Source: Nitrosopumilus sp. (GTDB lineage Archaea > Thermoproteota > Nitrososphaeria > Nitrososphaerales > Nitrosopumilaceae). From it: a stretch of DNA of 50,147 bases. The DNA lies in the NCBI GenBank assembly GCA_029881195.1, contig JAOUNB010000001.1, positions 1-50,147 on the forward strand, written 5' to 3'. Shown here one piece after another: positions 1-9,444 of this stretch. The stretch's first letter is position 1; each line of letters starts with the position of its first letter. A program made the translations under genes and the position numbers. The notes under the pieces were generated by a model. It did not search any database, was not told where the DNA came from, and saw only the letters and a program-made list of their open reading frames with translations.

Positions 1-127
1 GACAAGAGTTTCCACAAGATTTTGTCGATGACTCTACAGAATCGACAAGAGTTTCCACAAGATTTTGTCGATGACTCTACAGAATCGACAAGAGTTTCCA
101 CAAGATTTTGTCGATGACTCTACAGAA
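1..127. repeat. Perfect 43-bp tandem repeat, about 2.95 copies visible (may continue left of the window)
   Basis: GACAAGAGTTTCCACAAGATTTTGTCGATGACTCTACAGAATC at 1-43 and 44-86, partial at 87-127; no spacers; internal inverted repeat ATCGACAA...TTGTCGAT. Confidence 0.95.
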
Positions 128-155
128 GTTAAATTCAAAAACTTTTCAAATAATT

Positions 156-1397
156 CTACTGCAAAGTTTGAATTTTTGAAAAAACCTTGTCGTAGATACC
201 GACTGTTTTTCCTTTTTTTAAATTATTTTTTATATACCATAATGTGGATTTGTTGATTCCTAATCTTTTTCTTTCAGACTCATTCATACTCAATATCTTT
301 TCTCTTAATTTCAAATTATCTTCTCGATCAAGAGTCATTGTTGGAATGTTAGTTTCAAGTTCTTTCTTTTTATCAGAAATGAAATTAGATAATTGCTGTA
401 GATTGTCTTGAAGTATAATCTGATATGAATAATTCTTTTGATTTTTATAATTATATCTAGCATTAAAGTTTGAATTTATTTTTTCAATTAACATCTTAGC
501 AACATTTTCACCTAATCTGGTATGGTAATTTTCTGTAATAATAAAATCAGATTTCTTGATCTTCTTTTCTTCTAATAATTGAATTACAGAAACATCAATT
601 ATCCATCTAAATAATTCCTGAATATCATATACTAATGGTGTTCTACTCTGATTAACCTCATGCAGAAATCCGATGGAATAATCCAATCCTACTGAATTAA
701 TTGCCTTTCTGATTTCAGATTCCAAAATAGCATAGCCATAATTCAATAAAGCATTAATCTCATCTGAAGCATTATAGTTTCTTGAATTTGTCTTGTTCTT
801 TCTTCCCGTGAAATTAAACTCTGGATTTAGTTGATTGAATATTGCAGTAAGATTCTCCAAATAAATCCCTGCAATTCTTCCCTCGTATGTCATCAGTTGC
901 TTGATAGATTTGGAAATGTCTTGATTCTCACTGTTTTTCATGATTTTTAACAAAAACAAGTCTTCTTTTTCCACAGATTTTCTAATGTCGACTATGTCTA
1001 TGGATTCATAAAATTCAGATAATTCTTCAAGCAAATTGAGTGACTGTTTTACCTTGACCTGTACAATGTTCAAGGCAATCTCAAATCTCATTTGAGAATC
1101 AAGGTATTTTTGATATTGTTTTATTCGCAATTTGCCTGATTTTGGCTGCTCAGGCATTACATTTGCCAATATCTGACCATTCCAATTCAATAATGTCAAA
1201 TTGATGTTGTGCTTTGAGAGCCACCGCATTGCCTCAAACGTGATGTTGCCAGTATGACCGTCTATGATTATCCCATCATAGGTAATTTTATGAGGGTAAA
1301 ATTCATCTTTTTTGCCCTCTATCTTGTTGTATACAGTTAGTTTTCTTTTTTCCACATAAATTGACGTTCCAAAACCCGAAATTAACAGTGAATTCAT
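156..1397 (-). CDS. cas1: Casposase (Cas1 family integrase) with C-terminal HTH
   Basis: Cas1 motifs YEGRIA, NALLNYGYAIL, GFLH, LVYDIQE (catalytic E/H/acidic residues intact); C-terminal tail LGINKSTLW. Confidence 0.93.
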   Translation of the reverse strand: MNSLLISGFGTSIYVEKRKLTVYNKIEGKKDEFYPHKITYDGIIIDGHTGNITFEAMRWLSKHNINLTLLNWNGQILANVMPEQPKSGKLRIKQYQKYLDSQMRFEIALNIVQVKVKQSLNLLEELSEFYESIDIVDIRKSVEKEDLFLLKIMKNSENQDISKSIKQLMTYEGRIAGIYLENLTAIFNQLNPEFNFTGRKNKTNSRNYNASDEINALLNYGYAILESEIRKAINSVGLDYSIGFLHEVNQSRTPLVYDIQELFRWIIDVSVIQLLEEKKIKKSDFIITENYHTRLGENVAKMLIEKINSNFNARYNYKNQKNYSYQIILQDNLQQLSNFISDKKKELETNIPTMTLDREDNLKLREKILSMNESERKRLGINKSTLWYIKNNLKKGKTVGIYDKVFSKIQTLQ

Positions 1398-2509
1398 TAT
1401 TCATCGTCCTCTTCTTCAGTTTCTACAGATCTTCTGACAAGTTTTCTTCGTTTAGGTGTCCTGAGAGATTTTCCTTTTTCCTTTGGTTTGGAAGCATTAT
1501 TTTCTGATTTGTAAAGTACACGTCCTGGCCATTCATCATAGGCCATTGTAAATGCCTGATTGTCATGTGGGTTTTCTAGGGCTGAAACAAGCCGCATGTC
1601 TAATCCTGCAAATCTGCCATCTTTTGCAAACACCTTCTTGAATCCTCGCGCTATTGTAGTTGGCATACGAAGTGGTATAAACGCCCTCTCCTCCAAATCC
1701 TTTAACACCATTTCAAAAACAAAATCACGAAGAATGATTGGTTCTTTTGCATATTTTTTGTATTTATTATCTAAGTCAATCATGTGCAATACCAGACTTG
1801 GAGAATAATGTAATAGAGTTACTATAACTTCATCGTCATATTTGAAAAAAGTAATGTGTCTGAAATAATGTTTGTCCATCTTGAAGTGATATTGTTTAGA
1901 ATGTGATTGCACCTCTTTGTCTTTTAAAAATAATTTATAAGATTTGTTAAGAAAGTGTGCTATGGTTTTTTTATTTAAAAATGATTCAGTGTATTCGGTG
2001 TTGTACCAATACCTTGCAATGTCGATTGGTTTTTCAAAGTTTGATAATGTATCCAAATAATTCATTTCTGAACCGATAGGTAAATGGTATGGAAATTTCA
2101 ACTCTTTTGTTTTTAGTTTTTTTTGTAATCTCTTTGGAACCTTAACTTTAACCGAATCAAAATCTATAAACTTTGCATTTTGTATTTCAACTTTTCTCAA
2201 TGACAAATCATTTGTTTCCAAAAATAACACTATTTTTTTAAATGACTCTAGTGTTTTCTTCCATTTGAAATAACTTCCTATTCCACTTTTTACTCTTTTT
2301 TCTAAATAATTATCATCCACAAGCCAGCTGAGATGACCTCTTATCCCTCTTGTTTCTTTGACATTGAACACCACTTCCATGTAATCATAGATTTCTGTGG
2401 CTGATCTTTCAACATCAGATACATATCGTAAGATTGCAATTTTAACAAAATTTTTTGGAAATTTGTCACCTGGATTTCTTCTATCTGGAATGGTAATTGG
2501 TTTTTCCAC
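1397..2509 (-). CDS. Protein with N-terminal winged HTH and unknown C-terminal region
   Basis: AILRYV...SATEIYDYM...IRGHLSWLVDDNYLEK wHTH pattern; stop overlaps cas1 start (TAATG). Confidence 0.65.
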   Translation of the reverse strand: MEKPITIPDRRNPGDKFPKNFVKIAILRYVSDVERSATEIYDYMEVVFNVKETRGIRGHLSWLVDDNYLEKRVKSGIGSYFKWKKTLESFKKIVLFLETNDLSLRKVEIQNAKFIDFDSVKVKVPKRLQKKLKTKELKFPYHLPIGSEMNYLDTLSNFEKPIDIARYWYNTEYTESFLNKKTIAHFLNKSYKLFLKDKEVQSHSKQYHFKMDKHYFRHITFFKYDDEVIVTLLHYSPSLVLHMIDLDNKYKKYAKEPIILRDFVFEMVLKDLEERAFIPLRMPTTIARGFKKVFAKDGRFAGLDMRLVSALENPHDNQAFTMAYDEWPGRVLYKSENNASKPKEKGKSLRTPKRRKLVRRSVETEEEDDE

Positions 2510-2591
2510 TTTTAATTTATTGTATAGCGTGTTATTTATTGTTTAAATTTACCATGGTATATTATTATTAAATTACCAATAAATGATATAA

Positions 2592-2612
2592 ATAGGCATA
2601 ATTTATGCCTAT
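2592..2612. promoter_or_regulatory. Palindromic operator candidate in the divergent casposon promoter region
   Basis: ATAGGCATAA-T-TTATGCCTAT perfect inverted repeat between divergent operons. Confidence 0.55.
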
Positions 2613-2672
2613 AAGGTAGGTATTATTTTTAATTCATAAATCACTATGTGCTGTATTATCTATACTAATACC

Positions 2673-2855
2673 ATGGATGCAAAAAGCAAACTGAAAAAAA
2701 TCCTCAAAAAGGATTACAGTCGACTTGTGACCTTGCCCCTTTTTTGGCTAACAATAGCCGGGCTTGAAGCAGGAGACTATGTGGAAATGACCATGGGCAA
2801 AGAAAATGAGCTAGTCATTAAACCATACAAAAAAGAAGAGGAGGAAGAACAATGA
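2673..2855 (+). CDS. AbrB/MazE/SpoVT-like DNA-binding protein
   Basis: LVTLPLFWL...GLEAGDYVEM...ELVIKP swapped-hairpin pattern; ATG at 2673 preferred over 2646; ATGA overlap with next gene. Confidence 0.75.
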   Translation: MDAKSKLKKILKKDYSRLVTLPLFWLTIAGLEAGDYVEMTMGKENELVIKPYKKEEEEEQ

Positions 2856-3373
2856 AGAGAACAACTTCCTCTTCTTCTTCAAATAAAAAGAGAAGGATAA
2901 AGGATTTGGACAAGATCACTCCAAAACAAATTTCCAAATACGAAGATTCCCTTGAAGTGTTGCAATTGATGAGGAAACAGAAAATGACTCTGACAAAAGC
3001 ATCGAAGACTGTTGGCATTTCTTCAAAGACAGTCAAACGACATCTTGGTTCAGTTATTCAAAAAAAGTCAAACAGAATCATTGCAAAACAAAACGATAAC
3101 CTCCCAAGAAAAATCAGAATGTACCAAAATGGAAAAGAGATTTGGGTACAGGTTAGAGGCAATAAGAGAGCAGCAGAGATTGCAAAATATCATGGAGCAG
3201 TTGGCAGAAGACTAAATCAGGGACAAGCAGACGCAATGAAGAACTTTGAGAACAAATCTATTAAAGATTCCAAAGGAAAGATTCACAAGTTTGAGACAAA
3301 CTTGAAAAAGTTACAAGATATTGCACAAAGAAGAGAAGAGTCAGAGTTTTTCTCAATATATGGAGGCAAATAA
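2852..3373 (+). CDS. Basic HTH DNA-binding protein (casposon core)
   Basis: MTLTKASKTVGISSKTVKRHL HTH; operonic with HNH and PolB. Confidence 0.7.
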   Translation: MKRTTSSSSSNKKRRIKDLDKITPKQISKYEDSLEVLQLMRKQKMTLTKASKTVGISSKTVKRHLGSVIQKKSNRIIAKQNDNLPRKIRMYQNGKEIWVQVRGNKRAAEIAKYHGAVGRRLNQGQADAMKNFENKSIKDSKGKIHKFETNLKKLQDIAQRREESEFFSIYGGK

Positions 3374-3378
3374 GTAAA

Positions 3379-3738
3379 ATGAAAAAAACAGAATATTTTG
3401 ATGGCCTCAAACATAGAAAAGAAGAAAAAGATTGGACAGAGAAATTTTGTCTCGGGCAAGGAATCTGTTTGGCATGCGGACATGATGATCCATTTGACTT
3501 GGAGTATCATCATGTTGGTGCCCAATCAAACAGCATTGTTTTGGTATCTCTCTGTCGCAATTGCCACGGAAAATTATCAAGAAAGCAAATGAAAAGTTGG
3601 CCAGAAGGGTGGTATGATAAGGAAAAGCCTAAGAAGGCAATGACGGCATTTCTTTTGAGGGGAATGTCTGACTTGTTGATACTGGTGGGTCATAATTTGA
3701 GGTCGATTTCAGATCAGATGCTTTCAGGTGCAATATGA
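3379..3738 (+). CDS. HNH endonuclease
   Basis: CLAC...EYHH...LCRNCH zinc-binding HNH signature. Confidence 0.85.
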   Translation: MKKTEYFDGLKHRKEEKDWTEKFCLGQGICLACGHDDPFDLEYHHVGAQSNSIVLVSLCRNCHGKLSRKQMKSWPEGWYDKEKPKKAMTAFLLRGMSDLLILVGHNLRSISDQMLSGAI

Positions 3739-6496
3739 CATGACTGAGAAGGAAATCGCCGCCATCCGTGCCTATACAGTTCCAGTCTTGGAGGGCAAAA
3801 AGAGGCCTGCCCGTACTAACTTTGCAAATAATTCGTCATTTGAGAGAGTTTTGGTGTTTGATACGGAAACTAGAACTGACCTGTACCAGAACATGACATT
3901 TGGTTACTTTGCTGTTTATAATAATACCCGACTGGATGTGTCTGGAATTTTTTATGATCCTGTCATAGTAACTACAAAAGAACAAGAGATTCTAGAAAAA
4001 TATTCTGCTCAGAATAATATTGAACTTTACACTCTTGACGAGTTCAGAAAAGTGTTTCTTACCGAAGTGTTTGACTTGCAAACTCTGTGTGTCGGATTTA
4101 ATCTCCCCTTTGACATCACAAGAATTGCGTTAAGGGCAACTGAAGGCAAACTTGCAAATCAAGGTGGATTCTCAATGGTATTATCTGAGGAGAAACACTA
4201 TCCTAGATTAATCATAAATCACATATCATCTACACTGTCTTTTATAAATTGGGGAAGCACAGTTGATGCTCAGAAACAATACAAGTTAAAAAATAATGAG
4301 AATTACTTTAGAGGAAATTTTCTTGATCTTAGAATGTCAGTACATGCATTGACAGATAAAAAACATACGCTGGAATCTGCATGCAAGGCATACAAAACAG
4401 AATACCAAAAACAAAAAACAACCGAATATGGAAAGGTAACGCCAGAGCACATAGAGTACTGTATTGCAGATGTCAATGCAACATATTCTCTTTACAAAAA
4501 TGTAAAAGATGAATTTGAAACTTTCAAACTAAACATTCCAATCACAAAGGCATACACTCCTGCATCAATTGGAAAGGAGTTTCTAAAACAGATGGGAATG
4601 AAGTCATTTAAGGAAAAGAATCCAGAGTTCTCAGATGAAGTAATCGGAAACACGATGACCGGTTATTTTGGTGGAAGAACTGAATGTAAAATCAGAAAGA
4701 CTCCCACCAAGGTTGACTTGCTTGACTTTCTTAGCATGTATCCTACAGTTTGCACATTGCAAGATCTTTGGAAGTTTGTAATTGCCGAAAGTATTGATTA
4801 CAAGGATGCAACAGATGAAATTAGAAATTTTGTAGATGACTTCACTTTAGAAGACCTTCAGAACAAAGACAACTGGAAGCAATTTCAGGCCATAGTTCAG
4901 GTGATGCCAGAAGATGACGTATTACCTCTCAGGGCCCAATACGGAGACAGACACGCCTGGAATATCGGAATTTCTTCAGTAACATCCAAGATTCCTCTCT
5001 GGTACAGCCTGGCAGACATTATAGCCTCAAAACTATACACTGGAAGGACTCCAAAGATTCTCAAGGTGCTAAGATTTGTTGCAGGTCCTCCGCAAAAAGG
5101 TCTGAAGGAAATTGACATTCATGGCATCAAGATAGACCCATACTCACAGGATTTGTTCAAGGAACTTATTCAGTACAGAAAGCAGATACAGGAAAAACGT
5201 AACAGATTTGACAAAGACGATTCAGAATACAAATACCATGACAGAAAACAGCAGGTAGTCAAGATCATAACAAATGCAATCAGCTATGGGATATTTGTAG
5301 AGATTACCACACTAGACAGAAATCAAATACCTGTTGATGTGCATGGTCTTGTAAATTTCAAACAAAAGAAAGACAAGATTGAAAAGCCAGGTTTCATGTT
5401 CAATCCGATAATTGCAGTATCTATAACCTCTGCATCAAGATTGTTGCTTGCAGCAACTGAAGTGTTATTGGCAAGACACGGTGTTACACATGCATATTGT
5501 GATACAGATTCTATGGCAATTCCCCCACAATATACAAAAGAAGTACAGGACTTCTTTGCAAATTTGAACCCTTATGATTTTGATGCAGATATTTTCAAGC
5601 TTGAAAAATCAAATGTCTGGTTCTATGGAATATCTGCAAAAAGATACTGTCTGTATACAATAGATGAAAAGACAGGAGATGTAATCATTGATGAAGAAAA
5701 ATATTCCGCGCATGGATTGGGACATTTGTTAGACCCGTTATCAAACTATGATGACAAAAAACAAGTTGCTTGGCATATTCAAATCTGGAAAGACATACTT
5801 GATCTAGATTACAAAAAAATAACAATTGAGAAACTATATGAAAAATATGATAACAAGTATGCAATTCAAAAACTTGGCATATCGACACCAACGGTTCTAA
5901 ACCGAATCAAAGATTTCAATGAGGGAAAGGATTACCATTCTCAGATAAAACCATCCAACTTTTGTATTGTAGGATTTAGCAACATGGCGGATGAAGAGAC
6001 GGGGGAGCAAATCAAACCATTAGCACCATTTCAAAAATTTGTCAAGGATGCTGTGTTTGATGATTTTATTGATTACAATACCAAAAACAGTAAAAAACTG
6101 AGAGGAAAAGAATACTGGAAGTCGTTTTGGGACACGTTTGATGAGTATCTCAGACATCCTGAATCAAAATTTGATGGAGATGTCGGAGTTCTAGAGAGAA
6201 AACATGTGGTTGTAAGTGATATCAAACACATTGGAAAAGAAAGTGATGTTCTCAACGAGCCGTTTGGATTGGATGAGTTCAGCTATGAATTCTATGATGA
6301 CCCTGAAAGAGTAGATAGAGAGTTTAAAGAAAACATGGATAAAATTTTGGATTTGGAACCTAAGGATGTCATAAAATTTGGAATTAACAGAACAACCCTC
6401 TGGAATGTGAAAGAGAGAATCAAGAATCAAGAAATTGAAAAAATATCTGATAAAATCAAAATTAAATTAATTTCATTGTTAAAGTTAAGTGATTGA
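3728..6496 (+). CDS. polB: Family B DNA polymerase (casposon type) with 3'-5' exonuclease and C-terminal HTH
   Basis: Exo motifs DTET, NLPFD, YCIAD; polymerase motifs DFLSMYP, KIITNAISYG, YCDTDS, KRY; start may be ATG 3740. Confidence 0.95.
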   Translation: MQYDMTEKEIAAIRAYTVPVLEGKKRPARTNFANNSSFERVLVFDTETRTDLYQNMTFGYFAVYNNTRLDVSGIFYDPVIVTTKEQEILEKYSAQNNIELYTLDEFRKVFLTEVFDLQTLCVGFNLPFDITRIALRATEGKLANQGGFSMVLSEEKHYPRLIINHISSTLSFINWGSTVDAQKQYKLKNNENYFRGNFLDLRMSVHALTDKKHTLESACKAYKTEYQKQKTTEYGKVTPEHIEYCIADVNATYSLYKNVKDEFETFKLNIPITKAYTPASIGKEFLKQMGMKSFKEKNPEFSDEVIGNTMTGYFGGRTECKIRKTPTKVDLLDFLSMYPTVCTLQDLWKFVIAESIDYKDATDEIRNFVDDFTLEDLQNKDNWKQFQAIVQVMPEDDVLPLRAQYGDRHAWNIGISSVTSKIPLWYSLADIIASKLYTGRTPKILKVLRFVAGPPQKGLKEIDIHGIKIDPYSQDLFKELIQYRKQIQEKRNRFDKDDSEYKYHDRKQQVVKIITNAISYGIFVEITTLDRNQIPVDVHGLVNFKQKKDKIEKPGFMFNPIIAVSITSASRLLLAATEVLLARHGVTHAYCDTDSMAIPPQYTKEVQDFFANLNPYDFDADIFKLEKSNVWFYGISAKRYCLYTIDEKTGDVIIDEEKYSAHGLGHLLDPLSNYDDKKQVAWHIQIWKDILDLDYKKITIEKLYEKYDNKYAIQKLGISTPTVLNRIKDFNEGKDYHSQIKPSNFCIVGFSNMADEETGEQIKPLAPFQKFVKDAVFDDFIDYNTKNSKKLRGKEYWKSFWDTFDEYLRHPESKFDGDVGVLERKHVVVSDIKHIGKESDVLNEPFGLDEFSYEFYDDPERVDREFKENMDKILDLEPKDVIKFGINRTTLWNVKERIKNQEIEKISDKIKIKLISLLKLSD

Positions 6497-6633
6497 TGTT
6501 ATGCTCTCGAAGAGTATTGTCTAATTAGTTTTGATTCCTTCACATTAGGTTCGAATCGGATGGGATTCACCTATCAACTTGGGTATAATTTTGGGCGCAT
6601 CTATTGAATTGATCTAATTTTATGAAATTACAT

Positions 6634-8904
6634 TCATCTGGATCTTAATAAAATGTCTTGTTGTTTTTTGTACTTGTAATATTTCCATATTACGGGAAGT
6701 GTAATTAATGGAATTATCCACACGGATGTCTCAGTAATTGTTTTTTCCACAAGTTCTAGGTTATTCAAGATGTCTGGCTCAATTTTTAGTGTGGTCCATG
6801 GATTATTAAACGAAACAGGTTTTGATGAATCATCTGGAATTGGGTTTACAATTGCAGTAAATTCGGAAGGATTCTGGTTTGACTCTTCCTCCTCCAATGA
6901 TTGAGAATTCTTTTGTTTTGTAATTTCATTTGACTGTTTAATTTTTTCAACAGGCAATATGGGATTGATAATTAAACTAGGGAAATCAAATACTGAGATA
7001 TGATCATTCCATACTTCAGATACATAAAGTAAATCATCTTCAAAGATCAAAAATGCAGGATATTTTACTTGTTCATTTAAAATAGTCCCTAATGGATTGC
7101 CATTGATGTCAAATACAAAGACACGATCATTATTAACACCTGCAACATAAAGCAAATTCTCATAAAACGACAGATGAACTACCGAACCCTCTAACAATCC
7201 TTCTCCGATGGTTCTCACAAAATTACCCTCCGTATCAAACACCGAGATTCTACTGTCTGAATCCATGGAAAGAGATCCATTTTTTGGAATAGATTCCATC
7301 ACATAGAGTAAATCATTGTGAATCTTTACAAAATAAGGAAATGAACCTATCTGGCCTTCTCCGATGGTTCTCACAAAATTACCCTCCGTATCAAACACCG
7401 AGACTTTGTGCTTTCCGATACTTGCAAGATATACCATCTCATCGTAAATTATTAAATGAGAATCTACTCCTACGTGTCCTTCTCCGATGGTTCTCACGAA
7501 GCTCCCATCAGGATTGAATACTGATATGTTGTACTTGTCGTTATTGTCACGACCTGACACATAAAGTAAATTATCATGAAAAACCATATGGTCAGCATCA
7601 GATATACGTCCATTCCCAATCTCGTTCACAAGTAATCCGTTTTCATTAATAACAGATATCTTGCCGTTTCCATCACGCATAGATTCCATCACATACAGAT
7701 CATCATTGTGAAAAGTAAAATGAAATGGTGAAGTTCTAATTGCTTCCCAAATATTTTTTACAAATTTACCCTCAACATCAAACACTGATATTTTTGAGTC
7801 AATACTATATTGATGTCCTGCGACATAGAGCAAGTCCTTATGAAAAGTAAAAATAGTAACATCGTCAAGATGGCCTTCTCCGATGGTTCTCACAAAATTA
7901 CCTTGCTCATCAAGTACGGTGATTGTAGATTTGTATTGTTCTGCTACGTAGAGCATGTCATTGTTAAAAACAAAACTACTGTATACTCCGAGATGTCCCT
8001 CTCCAATGGTTCTCACAAAATTACCTTGCTCATCAAATACTGTGATTATACTGTCTGAATCCATGGAAAGCCATCCGTCTTCTTTAATTGTTTCAATTAT
8101 GTATAGATGATCATTATGAAACATCATTGAACCTACAGTTGATATTAGTCCCTCTCCAATGGTTCTCACAAGGTTACCTTGCTCATCAAATACCCATATG
8201 TTTTGATTATTTTCAACATAGAGTAAATCATTGTGAAAAATAAAAGAATAAGATGGATTAGATAAATGTCCCTCTCCAATGGTTCTCACAAAATTACCTT
8301 GCTCATCAAGTACGGTGATTGTAGATTTGTATTGTTCTGCTACGTAGAGTAAATCATTGTGAATCTTTACAAAATAAGGAAATGAGTCTATCTGGCCTTC
8401 TCCGATGGTTCTCACAAAATCTCCATCATGATTAAATACAAGAATATGATCATTCCATAATTCAATTACATAGAGCAAATCATTGTGAAAAATAAAATAA
8501 GATGAAAGATTATATCCCTCTCCAATGGTTCTCACAAGGTTACCTTGTTCATCAAATACCAATATGTTTTGATTATTCTCAACATAGAGCATGTCATTAT
8601 GAAAAGTAAAAATATCAGCATTGTTAAGATATCCTTCTCCAATGGTTCTCACAAGGTTACCTTGCTCATCGAATACTGCAATTTTTGGAAAACTCTTTCC
8701 AGACTCTAGGATGTAGAGCAAATCATTGTTAAAAACGACCTGCCTAGGATTATAGATATCGTAGTCAATAGAATGTGGATGTTTTAGATCTTTTTCCTCC
8801 TTATCATCTTGATTATTTCTTATCTCAATATCTTCAAAACCTAAAACATCTTGTGAACCAAAAAAAAGAATTATTACAAAAACGAAAAATATAATTTGAT
8901 TCAT
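6634..8904 (-). CDS. Membrane-anchored NHL-like beta-propeller surface protein (14 repeats)
   Basis: N-terminal signal peptide; about 40-aa repeats FHNDLLYV...VFDEQGNFVRTIGEG; C-terminal hydrophobic segment plus basic tail. Confidence 0.85.
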   Translation of the reverse strand: MNQIIFFVFVIILFFGSQDVLGFEDIEIRNNQDDKEEKDLKHPHSIDYDIYNPRQVVFNNDLLYILESGKSFPKIAVFDEQGNLVRTIGEGYLNNADIFTFHNDMLYVENNQNILVFDEQGNLVRTIGEGYNLSSYFIFHNDLLYVIELWNDHILVFNHDGDFVRTIGEGQIDSFPYFVKIHNDLLYVAEQYKSTITVLDEQGNFVRTIGEGHLSNPSYSFIFHNDLLYVENNQNIWVFDEQGNLVRTIGEGLISTVGSMMFHNDHLYIIETIKEDGWLSMDSDSIITVFDEQGNFVRTIGEGHLGVYSSFVFNNDMLYVAEQYKSTITVLDEQGNFVRTIGEGHLDDVTIFTFHKDLLYVAGHQYSIDSKISVFDVEGKFVKNIWEAIRTSPFHFTFHNDDLYVMESMRDGNGKISVINENGLLVNEIGNGRISDADHMVFHDNLLYVSGRDNNDKYNISVFNPDGSFVRTIGEGHVGVDSHLIIYDEMVYLASIGKHKVSVFDTEGNFVRTIGEGQIGSFPYFVKIHNDLLYVMESIPKNGSLSMDSDSRISVFDTEGNFVRTIGEGLLEGSVVHLSFYENLLYVAGVNNDRVFVFDINGNPLGTILNEQVKYPAFLIFEDDLLYVSEVWNDHISVFDFPSLIINPILPVEKIKQSNEITKQKNSQSLEEEESNQNPSEFTAIVNPIPDDSSKPVSFNNPWTTLKIEPDILNNLELVEKTITETSVWIIPLITLPVIWKYYKYKKQQDILLRSR

Positions 8905-8943
8905 ATATGTAACATGTAAAAATACTATTTAAGATTTAACGAA

Positions 8944-9360
8944 TCATTTAGATTTTGTAATAAGATCCGGCACAATACTTTTTTTCTTTTGTTTAGACTT
9001 TCTTGGTAATGAAAAGCCATTTTTCTTAAGAACTTCCAATACGTCTGGATCCGTGGTGGCTTTCATGACATGTTCACAATCTGATCTGTTGCATTCTTTA
9101 CAATGAATACTTTGACCGTTTTCTCTAATCACCAAATCCAAATGTGTGTTGGATTGTTTATTTCTGAGAACTATGTGATAGCCCTGTTTTTGTATTTCAT
9201 CTAGTTTGTACCTTACAATGCTATTGACAAATTGTGTCACATTAGTAAATCCACGCTCCTTTGCGTTGTCTGTTCTCACATATTCTGCTATTTCTTCGAT
9301 TAATGTTTGTGGCATTCGGACATTTCCCCACTGTGTCATTGTATTCATATATAGTAGCAC
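8944..9360 (-). CDS. Ribbon-helix-helix regulator with C-terminal zinc-binding motif
   Basis: WGNVRMPQTLIEEIAEYV...VTQFVNSIVRYKL RHH pattern; CKECNRSDCEH; true start probably a downstream ATG. Confidence 0.7.
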   Translation of the reverse strand: MLLYMNTMTQWGNVRMPQTLIEEIAEYVRTDNAKERGFTNVTQFVNSIVRYKLDEIQKQGYHIVLRNKQSNTHLDLVIRENGQSIHCKECNRSDCEHVMKATTDPDVLEVLKKNGFSLPRKSKQKKKSIVPDLITKSK

Positions 9361-9444
9361 ATGTGTAACAGATAAATCTTTAGATTGTATTTATGTAACA
9401 TAAATGTAGCAATATTTATCTATCACATATTACATATATGTAAC

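Noticed and set aside
1-127. CRISPR array next to cas1
   Set aside because: Units are contiguous and identical with no unique spacers; no cas2 or effector genes
65-256. 63-aa ORF on the + strand
   Set aside because: Built from the 43-bp repeat and antisense to the cas1 3' end
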